From the sequence record NZ_CP140119.1: DNA of 41,536 nt. One strand, written 5' to 3'. The translations under genes were made by a program, and so were the position numbers. Positions 16,844 through 26,342 of the stretch are shown piece by piece (within the stretch, counting starts at the first letter, position 1; each line of letters begins with the position of its first letter). The stretch is from a plasmid. A model generated the notes under the pieces. The model was given only the letters and a program-made list of their open reading frames with translations. It ran no database searches and was not told the origin of the DNA.

Positions 16844-18020
16844 TACGCCTTACCTCCCCAACAATTCTTGATTTGATATCCACGTTATAGAGAAATTCAA
16901 TCCCATCCGCAGGTCTTGACAGTTCAATCTTATCGAGCAGGACGGGTCTATCGTCCAGGTACTGCGCAATATCCAGCAGAGAGTCCAGTAATACCGCATC
17001 ACCGGCAATGTGTAGGTCCACAGACGAATATCTCGGCTTATCAATAAAACCGCCGAACCTCACTGCCAAGGTGAAATTTGGAGCAATAGCATCCCTGACG
17101 GCAATGCTATTGCCTATCACATCGTAAATGACGTTAGGATCCCCGCTCTGCATTGGTGTTTGAACACGAATAACAACCGTATCCCCGATAAAGTCCACGT
17201 CATACCCGTATTTTTTTGCAAATAACTGGGCTTCCTTAATCGGGCTACCATCAGCAACCGCCCCCAACGTGACGGTTATTTGACCCGGCACGACAATGAC
17301 TTTATCTACGTTCCAGGCATCAAGCCCTGAGGCATTAATTAGCACCTCTACAACTTGCCTCAATGATCCAGCCAATGGCTGCTTGGTCATTTCTTGCCGA
17401 TACTCGGCGTAGTGATCAATCGGTGGCTCAGGTGGCGGCTGGTTAAACCATGACAAGTACACCGCTATGGCTGCCACTACCGCGCCAGCCAACAGCAACC
17501 ACCCACGATTGCCAACCCGCCCTTGCGTGAAGTGACTGGCCGGCTGTAGCTCCCCGATGGGGTTCCCACACCTAAGCAAATCGTGTTCAAAGAGCACGAT
17601 CTCCCGCCCCTGATCGCATGGGAGGATATTTTTTGGATCCTGCAAATCCCCCGCGATAGCTGCTGTAGTAATGATGGGCAACGCCTCCGCGTCACTGTGG
17701 AACGCAGTTAAGCGCCAATGCCCTGCCGGAACGACTTCATCAACCAAGTAGTCCCCGTCCTTTTTAATGACTACGGCAACTTCATCATCCAAGGGATAAA
17801 TGAACACAAACCCAGGTGATTCAAACTCGATGTATTCCAAAGAGAGTAAAGCGCTAGTGACAAACTCCCCCAATGGCACACCACTGTTGCTTGATGACAA
17901 CAAATACCCATCAAATACCAGGGCAAACTTCATCGAGCTGTTTGATTTTAAAAAACGTTTTATTCTTTCAGGGGATGAAACATCTAATTTCGTTCTGGAT
18001 ACGTCTTTTGCAAAGACCAT
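16836..18020 (-). CDS. Pilus-biogenesis protein (PilO(R64)-like position)
   Basis: About 395 aa with a mid-protein TM (WLLLAGAVVAAIAVYL). Start chosen at M7 (18020). Assignment is by gene order only. Confidence 0.45.
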   Translation of the reverse strand: MVFAKDVSRTKLDVSSPERIKRFLKSNSSMKFALVFDGYLLSSSNSGVPLGEFVTSALLSLEYIEFESPGFVFIYPLDDEVAVVIKKDGDYLVDEVVPAGHWRLTAFHSDAEALPIITTAAIAGDLQDPKNILPCDQGREIVLFEHDLLRCGNPIGELQPASHFTQGRVGNRGWLLLAGAVVAAIAVYLSWFNQPPPEPPIDHYAEYRQEMTKQPLAGSLRQVVEVLINASGLDAWNVDKVIVVPGQITVTLGAVADGSPIKEAQLFAKKYGYDVDFIGDTVVIRVQTPMQSGDPNVIYDVIGNSIAVRDAIAPNFTLAVRFGGFIDKPRYSSVDLHIAGDAVLLDSLLDIAQYLDDRPVLLDKIELSRPADGIEFLYNVDIKSRIVGEVRRNG

Positions 18021-18027
18021 AATAAAA

Positions 18028-19500
18028 TCACTCCACAATAACAGGCGTTATCAGCACGATTGACTCAACCACCTCCTGACTAGCCGTTGACACCCCCGCA
18101 AGCAGTGGAATACCAAATGTGGATTTATCCCCATTTTTATTCAACGTCTGCTTGTATCCATTAATAATTAATGTTTCACCGGGAGCCAATCTGGTTGATT
18201 GAGAAAATGCCGTTGAGTTTACCGATGGGTTTTTCTGGATAACCTCATTGATAGTTTCAGTTTCTATACCGTTCAGGCTGGCGAAATCACTGCTCAGATG
18301 AAGATATATTTCATTTTTGTCCGTCACCTTAGGCAACACATAGAAGGTATAACCTTCGTTATAGCGCCCCTTCACCGTCTCCGTTGAGACTTGATTATCA
18401 CCACTCGCTTGCACTTTCACGTTCTGGGTATATTCAGTGGTATCAACCAGCTTAATTTCACCCACCCGGTTGTTTAGCAGCGTCAGTGAAGGCTCAGTAA
18501 CAACAGTTACATTGCCCTGTGCCTGGAGCGCATTGACGACAAGTTCACTTCCATCCAGTCGCCCGCCAGATGCCTTAATACTGATTTTTGCTGGTGCAGT
18601 CGTGCCGGTAGAGCCCATCCCGCCAGTATCAAACGAGATATTGCCATCACCGGCCTTATAGACCAGATTCCAATCCACGCCTTTTTCGTCACCCAAATTT
18701 GACTTAAAGGTCAGATAACGAATTTTCAGCCTGACTTGCTTGCGTAGCGAGTTTTGAACCTTCTGCATGTAGGCATCGGTGAATTGCACAACCCCACTGG
18801 GAGCTTGGACAACAATAATCCCGGTCAATGGCGACCCGGACACATTCCCCTTTTTACCCACCATGTCCTGGATGGCCTTTAACGTCTCGACGTAAAAATC
18901 GCCCTCAAACTTGAGGTTATTAAACTGCGAGCTGCTGGCGCTGATGTTGTTGATCTGTTTAGCCCCGTCCCCTGTGTCTTGAGTCTGCCCCCCATTCTCA
19001 GAGCTACCCACGGAGGCGCTGTATTTGCCGCCCGTGGCGTTGAGGTCGTAGGTTCTGATCAGTTGATCGCGCCATGACACATCAAATGGCCGCACTTCTG
19101 CTGTGTAACCAGTGGCAGAGGCCAGCATATCCAGGGCCTGCTGGATGGTAGAGCCAGCAGGGATAGAGACACTGGTGAGCATCGATGTATCCACATCCAC
19201 GAACGAGGCTTTCACCCCGCCCTGATCCGCGATCAGCTTTGCAATGGCGCTAAACGGCATCCCTGAGGCGTTAATACCTTTCGTGTAGCGGGCCGTCCAT
19301 GCTGGAGCGCTGGTGTCATTGATGACCTGTAGATCCAGCGGCGGCCTGTCTACAAAAATGGCCGCCTTTCTGTTTACACCATCAGATGAAACATCCAGGT
19401 CTTGCCGAACGCCCGAAATACCCTCCTGCACGGCCTTGGGGGTACTACAACCGGCAGTAATGATTGAAAGAATGACAACGCTTAAAATTGAATGCTTCAT
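18028..19500 (-). CDS. Secretin lipoprotein (PilN(R64)/BfpB-like)
   Basis: Lipobox ITAGC. C-terminal secretin domain (GETLIINGY...GIPLLAGV...VLITPVIV). Confidence 0.8.
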   Translation of the reverse strand: MKHSILSVVILSIITAGCSTPKAVQEGISGVRQDLDVSSDGVNRKAAIFVDRPPLDLQVINDTSAPAWTARYTKGINASGMPFSAIAKLIADQGGVKASFVDVDTSMLTSVSIPAGSTIQQALDMLASATGYTAEVRPFDVSWRDQLIRTYDLNATGGKYSASVGSSENGGQTQDTGDGAKQINNISASSSQFNNLKFEGDFYVETLKAIQDMVGKKGNVSGSPLTGIIVVQAPSGVVQFTDAYMQKVQNSLRKQVRLKIRYLTFKSNLGDEKGVDWNLVYKAGDGNISFDTGGMGSTGTTAPAKISIKASGGRLDGSELVVNALQAQGNVTVVTEPSLTLLNNRVGEIKLVDTTEYTQNVKVQASGDNQVSTETVKGRYNEGYTFYVLPKVTDKNEIYLHLSSDFASLNGIETETINEVIQKNPSVNSTAFSQSTRLAPGETLIINGYKQTLNKNGDKSTFGIPLLAGVSTASQEVVESIVLITPVIVE

Positions 19501-19504
19501 CGCA

Positions 19505-20527
19505 TTACCCTTTGATCATCGGAATGAAATAAACAGTCCGGGTTGATTTGTCGAACTGGGCCTGCACGTTATAGCCCACCAATAGTTTTTCCATTGTGCG
19601 AATGACATCCCCACTCACGACCATCCGGTAAGGCGCGGAAAGCCGATAATTGGGCGTAGCGGTTGTCCATGAGTCAGGGATCGTTTTCCAGCCGATTTCA
19701 CGCACCACCGCCGTAGCCGCATCACGCAGGGTCGATTGGTTGACGAGGTGGCTTCTCACATCCGTTCTGGGCCCAATATCGTGAACGATCAGCTCAGTGG
19801 GGGTCTGTGAGACCCAGAAACGCAGCTTGGGAGAGCGTTGGGCCAGCTCCTCTGACAGCTTCGCTACAGAGGCATCAAACGTGCTCTCATATGCCTTGGT
19901 TGCATCGCGTTTACGCTCCAGCTCAGCCCTGATCTCGGGTGAAACGTCATACATGACATTTACCTTTCCCAGCGCCCCGCCCCACCGAGTCAATGCCATA
20001 TCCACCGTTTCCCCGGCCCCGATCGTCATCTTTGGCGCGGCAGCGACAGGCTCAGCTTTTTTAACCGGCGTAACCGGTACCGGCGCGATATCGGGTAAGG
20101 GGACAAACGTTGACGCCGTGGCCGGCGCAGCGCTGACCGCAGGACTGGATCCAGGCTCTGCGGTGATGGCCGCGATTTTCTCGCCAATCTGGACGGTTAG
20201 ATCACGTTGAGAAGGTGCGCTACCGGTGGAGGACAGCAAGAACGGCGTTGTCTTGGCTGGCGTAGAAACAGGCGCACTCACTACCCGTTCGCTAAACGCG
20301 GTGGGGTATGCCGGAGCATCAAGCCGGGGTTGCAGTCTCGCGAGCTCAGGCCGCTCAGGAGTGACGCAGCCGGCGAGGAGCAGACAAATCAGGACGGACA
20401 ACCCCCGCCGCTGACATGCAGCTAGGCCATCACGGCTTTCCTTGCTCACGGGCACACCCAAAGGGGGAAATGCCATTTCAATGCGAAAAGCATCCATTGT
20501 TTGTATTTCCTTTTGGTATCGAGACAC
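19505..20527 (-). CDS. Lipoprotein (PilL(R64)/TcpQ-like position)
   Basis: Lipobox LLAGC. Ala/Pro-rich linker. True start probably internal (M18 at 20476, or GTG/TTG nearer the signal peptide). Confidence 0.5.
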   Translation of the reverse strand: MSRYQKEIQTMDAFRIEMAFPPLGVPVSKESRDGLAACQRRGLSVLICLLLAGCVTPERPELARLQPRLDAPAYPTAFSERVVSAPVSTPAKTTPFLLSSTGSAPSQRDLTVQIGEKIAAITAEPGSSPAVSAAPATASTFVPLPDIAPVPVTPVKKAEPVAAAPKMTIGAGETVDMALTRWGGALGKVNVMYDVSPEIRAELERKRDATKAYESTFDASVAKLSEELAQRSPKLRFWVSQTPTELIVHDIGPRTDVRSHLVNQSTLRDAATAVVREIGWKTIPDSWTTATPNYRLSAPYRMVVSGDVIRTMEKLLVGYNVQAQFDKSTRTVYFIPMIKG

Positions 20528-20559
20528 ATCACCGCCAAGCGTCGTTGGCGACTGTGACT

Positions 20560-21084
20560 CTAGAAATTGAAGACGGGCGTTATGTGCCCAAGAATGTGAT
20601 CCTGAGGGACAGCCCCGTAATAACGGCTGTCAAAGCTCCACACCGGGGCATAGTCAGAAAGCAACAAGACGGTGGCAGGCGGTACAACAAAGCTCGCCAG
20701 GCGCGGAAGGGGCCGCCCCTCACTATCGGACCGCTGCACTACGGCATCCGGAACAGTCACCCCGTTGAGCTGGATCGCGTGAGACAGTGAAACCATCGTG
20801 CCAGGCAGGGCCGCCACCTTTTTCACTGCTGGTTGAAAGTAACCGGGGCACGGCCCCGGCTTGATATAGCCTCTCACCAGCGCCTCCCGCAAATCAGGCG
20901 TATTGGGCGGGCAGAACAACACCAGATCCCCTACCCGCACCCGTTGGCTCTGGTCGATTATCTGGTAGATCCCGGGGGGGTAGCTGGCACTCAGGTTTAC
21001 GCGATACCCCTGCTGGTATCCCCAGACCAAAGCCGCCAGCCCCAAGACGCAAAAACCCCCATACCAGGTGCGCTTTAACCACAT
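20560..21084 (-). CDS. traF: Conjugative-transfer signal peptidase TraF (S26 family, RP4 TraF/TrhF-like)
   Basis: VNLSASYPPGIY (Ser box), GDLVLFCPP, VAALPGTMV, SFDSRYYG...HILG (Lys/Arg box). Confidence 0.7.
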   Translation of the reverse strand: MWLKRTWYGGFCVLGLAALVWGYQQGYRVNLSASYPPGIYQIIDQSQRVRVGDLVLFCPPNTPDLREALVRGYIKPGPCPGYFQPAVKKVAALPGTMVSLSHAIQLNGVTVPDAVVQRSDSEGRPLPRLASFVVPPATVLLLSDYAPVWSFDSRYYGAVPQDHILGHITPVFNF

Positions 21085-21094
21085 GAGCGTCCCC

Positions 21095-22324
21095 TTAAGG
21101 TGCGAGTTGATAGGCGGGTAGCACTACATCCTTGTTCAACATGATGTTGAACTTGTAGCCGTTGCGGATTTTTATCGTTGGCTGCACATCCAGATTTTTC
21201 TGGGTGAGGGTGGTGCCCACGGTGGCAAACTGCTCTACAACCCCGTTATTTACCTCCTCGGCGGTACTGTTTTCGTTGCCGTTTCCATCACTCACCGCTG
21301 ATTGCGACACACCCGATATCAAGCCAAGCAACAAGGCGTTGCCGAATATCTTGAAATAGTGATGGTCAACCTCATCAGCAAACCCGGCATAGCCTGCCGC
21401 ATCCGCCCCGCCCATCCCTTCGAGCTCCAGGGTGGAGCCGTCCGGGAAGTTAACCCGTGTCCAAGCCATCAACAGCCGATCTTGCCCATATGCCACCCGC
21501 GAATCGTACACACCAACCAATTGGCTCCCCTGAGGCAGCAAAATGGTGCTGTGCGTTGCGCTGTCATAAACATGCTGGTTGACCTGTGCGATCACCTGCC
21601 CTGGCAAATCAGAGTTGATACCAGACACCAACGTGGCAGGGATAACCGTACCCACCTTGAGCTCCAGATCGCTCAGCGGCAGTTCCCGACCCCGAGTGAG
21701 GTAGGTATTGCGCCGGGCCTCTTGGCTAAAAGCGATTTTGTTGTCCTGCTTGTTAGGGTCAGGAAGCGCTTGGGGAGCCATTGAGCCTTGTGATGCCACC
21801 AGATTAGCCAAGGCTTGCTCTGCTGGGTTTCTCGCCGGCCCGCTGCGCTCCCTTTCGTTCTCGTACAGATCAACACTCACCACCCCATTAGATCCCAATG
21901 CAGCTTCAAATTGCTGCTGCTTAAGCTGGGCGAGGCGAAGCGCTTCACGCTCAGCAGCCTGACGAGCTTGGCGCACGCTGGGATCTTCTTCTACGGTCCC
22001 CTGTGCGCCAGCACCCTGCCCAGAACCGCCCGCGCTCCCTTGGGATTTAGCCCCCCCTCCCTGCTGCTCTTGCTGCACCTGGGGAGTCTGCGGCGCACTT
22101 GCCAAGATCTCGTTCAAGCCCCCCTGAGTCGGGTTACTTGTCGCCTTCGGGGGAGGTGCAGTTTCAGTAACAACTCTTTGGCCCTTGCCGGCGATGATCG
22201 ATACGGTCAAAGCCAGTACCAGCGCCAACAAGCCCCCGCCCAACCAAAGCACCTTCTTGGACACCCGCCCGCCCATAAAGCCCTGGGAGGGGTCTACCCG
22301 TGCCGCAAAGAATGATGTCGTCAT
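21095..22324 (-). CDS. trbI: T4SS protein TrbI/VirB10
   Basis: ATG at 22324 with GGGAG RBS, overlapping the upstream stop (ATGA). N-terminal TM, Pro/Gln/Gly-rich linker, C-terminal TrbI beta-barrel domain. Confidence 0.85.
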   Translation of the reverse strand: MTTSFFAARVDPSQGFMGGRVSKKVLWLGGGLLALVLALTVSIIAGKGQRVVTETAPPPKATSNPTQGGLNEILASAPQTPQVQQEQQGGGAKSQGSAGGSGQGAGAQGTVEEDPSVRQARQAAEREALRLAQLKQQQFEAALGSNGVVSVDLYENERERSGPARNPAEQALANLVASQGSMAPQALPDPNKQDNKIAFSQEARRNTYLTRGRELPLSDLELKVGTVIPATLVSGINSDLPGQVIAQVNQHVYDSATHSTILLPQGSQLVGVYDSRVAYGQDRLLMAWTRVNFPDGSTLELEGMGGADAAGYAGFADEVDHHYFKIFGNALLLGLISGVSQSAVSDGNGNENSTAEEVNNGVVEQFATVGTTLTQKNLDVQPTIKIRNGYKFNIMLNKDVVLPAYQLAP

Positions 22325-22755
22325 CGGATTTCTCCCTGGGTGTACGCCTTCGCGTGCCAAGGGGCGAGCTGATTACCCTGTATTGACCATCCCTGGGTGA
22401 ACTGGTGAGTTCCAGCCACCACTGACAAGTAAAAGTGCTGTGGGCCCAACGAAACAAGCTGATAGCGGAGCGCCATATTGCCCTGCCCCACGCTCTGCTC
22501 ATTGACGCCAAAGCCACGCGCCCGCAAATTGCTCGCAAGCACCTGTGCAAATGAATTGCCTTGGGAGTGAGGGAAATCAAACACGGTTTTGGCTGCAAAG
22601 CTCGCAAACAACGTCTTGCTCGCCATGCTCGCCACCGCCTGCTGCTCCATCGCGGATAGGGTCACTTGAGTGATGTTGCCATGGTCCTCAAATCGACTGC
22701 TGCATCCAGCCAGCACCAGACTTGTGGCCACCAGTGTGAAAATGGGGTATCGCAT
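22321..22755 (-). CDS. trbH: T4SS lipoprotein TrbH-like
   Basis: Lipobox LAGCSS. Located between trbG and trbI as in the IncP Trb operon. Confidence 0.6.
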   Translation of the reverse strand: MRYPIFTLVATSLVLAGCSSRFEDHGNITQVTLSAMEQQAVASMASKTLFASFAAKTVFDFPHSQGNSFAQVLASNLRARGFGVNEQSVGQGNMALRYQLVSLGPQHFYLSVVAGTHQFTQGWSIQGNQLAPWHAKAYTQGEIR

Positions 22756-22756
22756 A

Positions 22757-23656
22757 TCAATGCCCCCTGGAGATCAAAACGGACTCTTGCTGATTGCCGA
22801 CCCCTTGCACCAATATCAGTTGCTTGGCGAGCTGATCGACGATGAACTTGTTGCCGCTCCAGCCGTAGTTCACGATCTCTTTTTCACCACTGACCGCATT
22901 GACCACAAGCACGGCAGGCAGCTCGCCACTGGCAACACTGCGGGGCAGCTCAATAAAGGTCTTGATCCCGTTGTTGTAAACCCTAACCGGCCTGAATTCA
23001 GCCTTCCCCTCGATGCGATACTCAAAATCGAGGTTGTCGATGTTAAGGCCATTGCCTAACGTCTTCTGGGCGGCCTCCTTCATCACACTGGCTTGGTAAA
23101 TATCCCACTCGTTCTGCACCGCCTCCGGGTAATCAAAGTTCACGGTAGGCATCCAGTCCCGCTCCCTGGACACCAACTTGATGTTGTACGTTCGCCGATC
23201 CGTGTTCACCACCATGCTTGTTTCCAGCCCAATATCTGCTGGCTTCACAATCAGGTGGGTCTGTTGGGTATCGCCAGACCCAGAGAGAGCAGGCTTGACG
23301 ATCCAGCGAACACCATCACCGATATTCACCCCGTTCTTGGTGATGCGCTCGCCAGGCTGCAACTGAATGTCGCAGTTCTTGAGCGGAGCACACACTACCG
23401 AAGGCTGTGTTTTACCGAAAAAGTAAGTCACAGACCCATCGCCGGCAGTGATCGGTGCGTCAGTGCCGTGCATCCATTTTTGAGTCAGGGCCAAGCCCTT
23501 CCTCTCTTTTTCAGTCAGCGGCTTTTCAACGCCGCCGAGACCGCCGGACCATCCCACGGGAGGGGTAGCCAACGGGGACTCCTGCAAAGCAGGTACGGGG
23601 GCCGCCCATGCAGGCGCCACCGCAACCAGCAAAGCTGGCAGGTATTTTTTCAACAT
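22757..23656 (-). CDS. trbG: T4SS protein TrbG/VirB9
   Basis: Signal peptide MLKKYLPALLVAVAPAWA. VirB9/CagX-type beta-rich domain. Confidence 0.85.
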   Translation of the reverse strand: MLKKYLPALLVAVAPAWAAPVPALQESPLATPPVGWSGGLGGVEKPLTEKERKGLALTQKWMHGTDAPITAGDGSVTYFFGKTQPSVVCAPLKNCDIQLQPGERITKNGVNIGDGVRWIVKPALSGSGDTQQTHLIVKPADIGLETSMVVNTDRRTYNIKLVSRERDWMPTVNFDYPEAVQNEWDIYQASVMKEAAQKTLGNGLNIDNLDFEYRIEGKAEFRPVRVYNNGIKTFIELPRSVASGELPAVLVVNAVSGEKEIVNYGWSGNKFIVDQLAKQLILVQGVGNQQESVLISRGH

Positions 23657-23836
23657 AGGAATGTCTCTTGAGGTCAGGTGTGCGCCCGGAGGGCTTTTCC
23701 TGAATTAAAAAAAGGAGAGATAAAACCTTGGCGAGGTGGGTAACTGGCGAACCGAAGGCCGTCCATCTGGCCGCTTGCGGATAGTGGGCGGGCCAGTTAT
23801 CCACGGAGGGTTTGTGTCACGTGCCTATCTGATTCG

Positions 23837-24541
23837 TTATTGGATCTCCACATCGTTGAAGTCCGTGATATAGAGCCCCAGAGGGTTAGCATAGATAGCC
23901 TGGAGCGTTGTGGGCTCAACCACCTCAGTTGTGATTGTGGCCTTATAGCGCCGCTCAGGGCGCTGGATCCCATTCAGATCACTGCTCGTTTCGCGCCAAT
24001 CGACCTGATAGGTATGAGCAGACAGTGGCAGCACGCTGCCCATTTGGACTTTAACCAATTCTGTTTTAGCCCGTTCAAACGGGGGAAGGTTCTTGAATTG
24101 TTGAGTCAGTTGAGTGTAAGCCGGCGTCTGTGGTCGAAGGTAGGCATAGCCGCGAATGACCAGCTTTTTCTGGGCTTCTACATCACTCACAACGGTTCTC
24201 ACCGACTCGACAAAATCACGGATGTTGTGCTGATACAGCCGCTCCAACTGCGTCTCTGGTAGCGCCTGCATCGCCGGCATTGGCAACACTTCATCCCCTC
24301 GAAGAGCCAACCCATATGGCTTGATGCTCGACTGGCTGCCGATGTACGCAATCCCGATCACGGCAACAAAGGCCACCCCAATAGCCGCAAAACACGCCAG
24401 CCGCCATTGGCGAGCTGCCGCGACAGTCAGGCCAAGTCGTTCATCCCACACCTGCCTGGCCCGCTGTGTCATCAGTGACACCTCAGCTGCATGTTGTGGC
24501 TCAGGAGTCTCGCTTGCCACGCTGTTTGCTATGTCGCTCAT
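23837..24541 (-). CDS. trbF: T4SS protein TrbF/VirB8
   Basis: GGAGGAAG RBS. Single TM followed by an NTF2-like periplasmic domain. 41-nt overlap with trbL. Confidence 0.8.
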   Translation of the reverse strand: MSDIANSVASETPEPQHAAEVSLMTQRARQVWDERLGLTVAAARQWRLACFAAIGVAFVAVIGIAYIGSQSSIKPYGLALRGDEVLPMPAMQALPETQLERLYQHNIRDFVESVRTVVSDVEAQKKLVIRGYAYLRPQTPAYTQLTQQFKNLPPFERAKTELVKVQMGSVLPLSAHTYQVDWRETSSDLNGIQRPERRYKATITTEVVEPTTLQAIYANPLGLYITDFNDVEIQ

Positions 24542-26003
24542 CGTCTTCCTCCAGGGTTGTACGGTTGTTGTTCATGTCGTTGCCATCATCCTTTACCGGC
24601 GGCGTGGGTGGTTTGATATTCAACCCCTTCATCAGGGCATCATGCTTCTCTTGAGAACTGCCGAGTTTGCCGATCTCTATCCCTGATTTTGCCAGGATGT
24701 TGCCGATCGTTGATTGAGCGGCTACGTGCTTCAAGCCCGCTAACGCGGCGCTTTTGGCAACAGAAACGCTCGCCTTACCAACGCCCTTACCGATCTGACC
24801 AGCCTTTTGCCAATTTGAGGGGGTTGAGGAGTCTTTGGCATCTTGAGCGGGGGATGCTGCTGGACCATGCTTAGCAGGATCATGATCTGCTGATGCGGCA
24901 GCACCGGTATCAGGCGAAGGCGGGGCTGATGGGCTTTCGCCACCACCCCCCTCCGGACTCGGTGCATCGCCCCCAGTGCTCAGGGTGTGTTTGAGAATGG
25001 CATCCTCGTTATCCTTCGTTTCAGAAGCGCTCATAGCCCCCATGACGGCAGATCCAACACCGGTTGCAGCTAACGCAGCTCCCGCCATCAGCCCAGCAGT
25101 TCCAGCCACCGCGGCTTGTAACCCACTGCTAGCAGCGGTAAAGCGCCCAGATGCCAAGCTCGCGGCAATCTGGGGGATTTCTCGAATTAGCCCATAAAAA
25201 ACAATCGATACAACCAGCAACCCCAAATATTCAATATCTTTACTCGCAGGGGTCATAGATAAAGACCAGTCTTTTATAAAACCAAATCCAAGAATCAATA
25301 TTAGCTGCATCACAAACATTTTCACCGCGACCCCCAACACCGCAGTGAAATAGTTCATTGCATTATCTTTTGTCCACTCACTACCAAGAAATCCCATCAT
25401 TACGACACCACCAGAGACAGTGATATAAGATGAAATAATCAAGGTCGTCATTTCCAACGCAATAAGCGCGAAGCAAATCAATATTATGATTGCTGAAAGA
25501 CAAAGCATGAGTGATAAAATCGGCGACCAAGTTGATGATTTCTCAATCACCATTAACATAATGTTAATCGCCATTTCAACCACGTTGGAGGGGCTAAACG
25601 CGACCGCTTCCGGAGACAACCTTTTCCCAATCTCTGTAAATGAGGAAATTAAGACCCTTCCCAGGTGAGGGGCGCTATTAATAAGCCACACGGCTACACC
25701 TACAGTCATCACCCGAGTGATCAGGTCAGCAATAACGTCAACCAAACCGCAGCCCTTCAGGTATAGCTGACAGGAGGACCAAACGAACGAAATTGTGACC
25801 AACCCCCAGAATAAGCCCATGGTCAGGTCATGAATAATCGGTTCCCACACCTGAGTAGAGTCCCGATAAATCCCTATCATATAATCAAGGCTATTCGACG
25901 CAGGGGCATTAGCAGCAAAACATATCTGCGGGAGCAGAATAAAAAACAGCGCTATTAGAAGCGCTGTTTTTTCTTTTATAAAACCCATCATCATTGTCAC
26001 CAC
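24501..26003 (-). CDS. trbL: T4SS protein TrbL/VirB6 with Gly/Ala/Pro-rich C-terminal extension
   Basis: Signal peptide, then a polytopic core of five or more TM helices, then a low-complexity tail. Confidence 0.8.
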   Translation of the reverse strand: MVTMMMGFIKEKTALLIALFFILLPQICFAANAPASNSLDYMIGIYRDSTQVWEPIIHDLTMGLFWGLVTISFVWSSCQLYLKGCGLVDVIADLITRVMTVGVAVWLINSAPHLGRVLISSFTEIGKRLSPEAVAFSPSNVVEMAINIMLMVIEKSSTWSPILSLMLCLSAIIILICFALIALEMTTLIISSYITVSGGVVMMGFLGSEWTKDNAMNYFTAVLGVAVKMFVMQLILILGFGFIKDWSLSMTPASKDIEYLGLLVVSIVFYGLIREIPQIAASLASGRFTAASSGLQAAVAGTAGLMAGAALAATGVGSAVMGAMSASETKDNEDAILKHTLSTGGDAPSPEGGGGESPSAPPSPDTGAAASADHDPAKHGPAASPAQDAKDSSTPSNWQKAGQIGKGVGKASVSVAKSAALAGLKHVAAQSTIGNILAKSGIEIGKLGSSQEKHDALMKGLNIKPPTPPVKDDGNDMNNNRTTLEEDDERHSKQRGKRDS

Positions 26004-26335
26004 TCGTGTTTTTTATCGTGCCATGGTTTAGACCAGTCAACACCATCTTGCTTAAGTGGATTTCTCGGGATTGGATTTTTAATTAACTCTTCATCCCACG
26101 CTTTTTTCTCTTCTGGCAGCACATCATTATATACGCACTTGTTAGCGAAGATTATTTCCTCAGCGGCCTTAATATCTATCTTCTCATCACCCATAGTTGC
26201 ACGGTTCATATCGAGTATTGCCGAGGAACAGGATTTTCTACGCACATCCTCCGCACTCTCACAACCAGCAAGTAATGAGGCCAGCAGCACGCCCCCGGTC
26301 ATCATAATGAACTTAGAATTTACTCGTTTCATCAC
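25997..26335 (-). CDS. Lipoprotein, TrbK-like (entry-exclusion) by position
   Basis: Lipobox LLAGCES. Sits between trbJ and trbL as trbK does in IncP plasmids. C-terminal tail is homologous to the TrbJ tail. Confidence 0.5.
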   Translation of the reverse strand: MMKRVNSKFIMMTGGVLLASLLAGCESAEDVRRKSCSSAILDMNRATMGDEKIDIKAAEEIIFANKCVYNDVLPEEKKAWDEELIKNPIPRNPLKQDGVDWSKPWHDKKHEW

Positions 26336-26342
26336 TTATCAC

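Noticed and set aside
23757-23772. DnaA box near trbF/trbG intergenic (TTATCCACG)
   Set aside because: Single 8/9 match away from the origin. Likely chance.
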